64,000 nucleotides of DNA from a virus: the IMG/VR virus record IMGVR_UViG_3300023199_000051, positions 1 to 64,000 of that record; one strand, given 5' to 3'. The number at the start of each line of letters is the position of its first letter. Position 1 is the stretch's first letter. A model generated the notes under the pieces. That model saw nothing but the letters and a program-made list of their open reading frames with translations, had not been told where the DNA came from and made no database searches. Positions 62,039-64,000 of the stretch are shown here, piece by piece. The translations under genes were made by a program, and so were the position numbers.

Positions 62039-64000
62039 TCACAGCCCTTCGAGCTTGCCGACCCGCTTGCACTGGTAGCAACCTGATGCACGCTTGCACC
62101 GCACTCGGTTCCCCGCGTTCACTTGGACCTCGTTCAGCTTCTCACGGTGTCCCTGCTCGCAGGTCGTCCATACGCGAAGGGGCAGCGCTTCGAGTCGCCC
62201 GACATCGGCGCCGGCACTCTTGGACACGCCAAGGTCGATGATCTTCCAGTTGCCCTCGGCGTCCTGCATCACGTTGCCGCCGTGCAGATCGCCCCACTGC
62301 ACACCGACTTCGTTGTGTAGCGCCTCGATGGTCGAGATCACGCGCTTGTACTGCTGGAGCTGATCGCTGTCGAGCATGGCTCGGGCCCAGCCATCCAGGT
62401 TCTCCAGGGCCTCATCCAGCTCGGGATCTTGCCTGTCCCATCCACGGGTGAGGAGGATAGCAGCCAGGGACCCGGCTGCGGATGAGCCCAGGAAGTCCTC
62501 GGCTCTCCAGTCCAGCGGCTTCAGCTTCTGCTGTACGATGGCCCACAGCGGCTCGCCGTCAGGCATGGGAGTCAGCGCGTAGACGCAGTCGATGCGGGCC
62601 AGTGCGGGTAGCTCGGTCCAGTCTTCGTGATCGAGGACCACTTGTGCAGCAGCTGCCTCACTCCAGTCCGTTGTGAGCTTCACGACCTTGTCGGGATCAT
62701 TCGTCAGGTCGTAGACGCAGCCGTAGGTTCCACACCCGAGGTGCTTGTCTCCAAGCGGGTAGCCGTGCTTGGCGAGGATGCTCTTGGCCGCGCGCTCCAG
62801 CCGGGGCCACTGCGCGCGTCGCAGGTAGGCGCTGGTCGACACGACGTCATCCCCATCACCAGAGACGCGGATGCGATCGCCCCCTGCAACGCAGGCTACG
62901 GCACCAGCGGGCAGCCGCTCGATGGCACGCTGTACACCACGCTGCTGCCCCACGCGGTCTTCTGCCTCGCTGAACTTGCGGAAGGTCACCTCAACGGGGC
63001 CTTCGAGCGACCAGTCCCATTCCCAGTCCCGGGTGCCGCTTCCGAAGGCGAAGCCCGTGTCGAAGGTGACGCCGAGCCGGCGCAGCAGCTGCTCGACCTC
63101 GAAGAGGGTGCCCAGCTGCTCGCGGGTGAGGTTGGGCCCGAAGCTGATACCGACATCGACCGGACGTCCACGGTCATCATGTGCGTGACCACGCCCCGAC
63201 TGCTCGGCATCCAGCAGCATCTCGGCGAGCCTGCCCTTGAGCCGCTTCTGTGCACCCCGACGCGCCTTGTGCTCAGTCCTGCCTCGGGCGACCATGTTGC
63301 CGTGCTGGTCATACACCACCGTGTACTTGCGCGTAGCGCCTACGCGGTAGCCTGGCGGTAGTTGCGGCTTCAGAGCGCTCTCGATGGAAGACTGCGGCAC
63401 GCGGAGCGCAGCAACCTGGTCTGTCACGAGCGTCGAAGCGTCGATGACGATCTCACCAGGCCGCGGGTCGACGGGCGGCACCATGCTGGCAAATGGGTAC
63501 GGGCTGCCTTGCGGTGGGAGCACGAACACGAGCTGCTGTTCAGTCTGTGGGTTCATCAGGGCCACGAAACCGCGGGAGTGCGGCGGCGGCTCCACGCGCA
63601 CGTTGAGGAGCTTGAAGCCCACCAGCGGCGGCTTTCGACCCTGCACGCGCTCGATCAAGTCTGACAGGTAGCCCTGCTGTGTCTTCGTGAGCAGATCGAC
63701 AGAGCCAGTCCCTACAGCCGCTCTCATGCGGGGGGTTGGGCTTGTCCCCGATGTCCCTCCGTACTCAGCTTCCAGGTAGTCGAGCCAGCGGTCCGGGAAG
63801 ATGGCCGTTGGGGAGGGGACACTCTTCCTGGGAGCCTTGGGCCGCTGCCGTGCCTTGCTTGTCGCGCCGCCTGGTAGCCCCTCCGCGTAGGCTGCGTACC
63901 TCAGTCGCTTCTTCACAGGCCGTACGACGACACCGACTGCGATGGGAGACGATCGGTGTCGCCAGATCGCATTGAGCGTGCTGGCACGCTTTCGCCACTG
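62039..64000 (-). CDS. Multidomain protein with protein kinase and C-terminal Zn ribbon (5' truncated by window edge)
   Basis: Frame stays open from 63916 to 64000; LGCGTYG, VVKLT, DLHGGN, IDLG; terminal CEQGH...C..CYQC. Confidence 0.8.
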   Translation of the reverse strand, partial: QWRKRASTLNAIWRHRSSPIAVGVVVRPVKKRLRYAAYAEGLPGGATSKARQRPKAPRKSVPSPTAIFPDRWLDYLEAEYGGTSGTSPTPRMRAAVGTGSVDLLTKTQQGYLSDLIERVQGRKPPLVGFKLLNVRVEPPPHSRGFVALMNPQTEQQLVFVLPPQGSPYPFASMVPPVDPRPGEIVIDASTLVTDQVAALRVPQSSIESALKPQLPPGYRVGATRKYTVVYDQHGNMVARGRTEHKARRGAQKRLKGRLAEMLLDAEQSGRGHAHDDRGRPVDVGISFGPNLTREQLGTLFEVEQLLRRLGVTFDTGFAFGSGTRDWEWDWSLEGPVEVTFRKFSEAEDRVGQQRGVQRAIERLPAGAVACVAGGDRIRVSGDGDDVVSTSAYLRRAQWPRLERAAKSILAKHGYPLGDKHLGCGTYGCVYDLTNDPDKVVKLTTDWSEAAAAQVVLDHEDWTELPALARIDCVYALTPMPDGEPLWAIVQQKLKPLDWRAEDFLGSSAAGSLAAILLTRGWDRQDPELDEALENLDGWARAMLDSDQLQQYKRVISTIEALHNEVGVQWGDLHGGNVMQDAEGNWKIIDLGVSKSAGADVGRLEALPLRVWTTCEQGHREKLNEVQVNAGNRVRCKRASGCYQCKRVGKLEGL

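Overview
The window is a GC-rich segment of a large bacterial virus (phage or prophage-like) genome. It has about 100 densely packed, often stop/start-coupled ORFs and no host housekeeping operons, rRNA, tRNA or CRISPR array that I could recognise. Both ends cut genes. Layout: (1) 1-5.6 kb +: repeat-rich proteins, a tandem RHH regulator, a stand-alone domain of the dnd-associated methyltransferase family, and a lysis cassette (M15 endolysin, membrane proteins, metzincin). (2) 5.9-11.7 kb -: ThyX and small hypotheticals. (3) 11.7-14.8 kb: a Cre-like tyrosine recombinase with a repeat-rich upstream site, and a beta-helix spike. (4) 14.9-39.8 kb +: an early/accessory region driven by a family of repeated sigma70-like promoters. 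It encodes a degenerate ComM/YifB, a PAPS-reductase-fold enzyme, a PEP-mobile-domain fusion, DUF3310, RadC/JAB, DUF262, DUF932, a MazG-like protein and a sulfotransferase, with a J-domain gene on the - strand. (5) 40.3-44.9 kb and 59-64 kb -: multidomain proteins with three paralogous kinases, three ParB-like domains, hemerythrin, a methyltransferase and DUF1232. Their domains are separated by a recurring [VIAL]-E-x-L-P motif, which is my best candidate for an undescribed polyprotein-processing or virion-cargo system. (6) 45-59 kb: a second PAPS-reductase-family enzyme, membrane-anchored virion-like proteins, a transglycosylase, an Arg-rich protein, a HiPIP-like protein, a DarG-like macrodomain and fibre/spike genes. 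All family calls come from motif recognition by eye; no database search was run. Start coordinates were adjusted from the ORF track where an RBS or stop/start overlap supported it.
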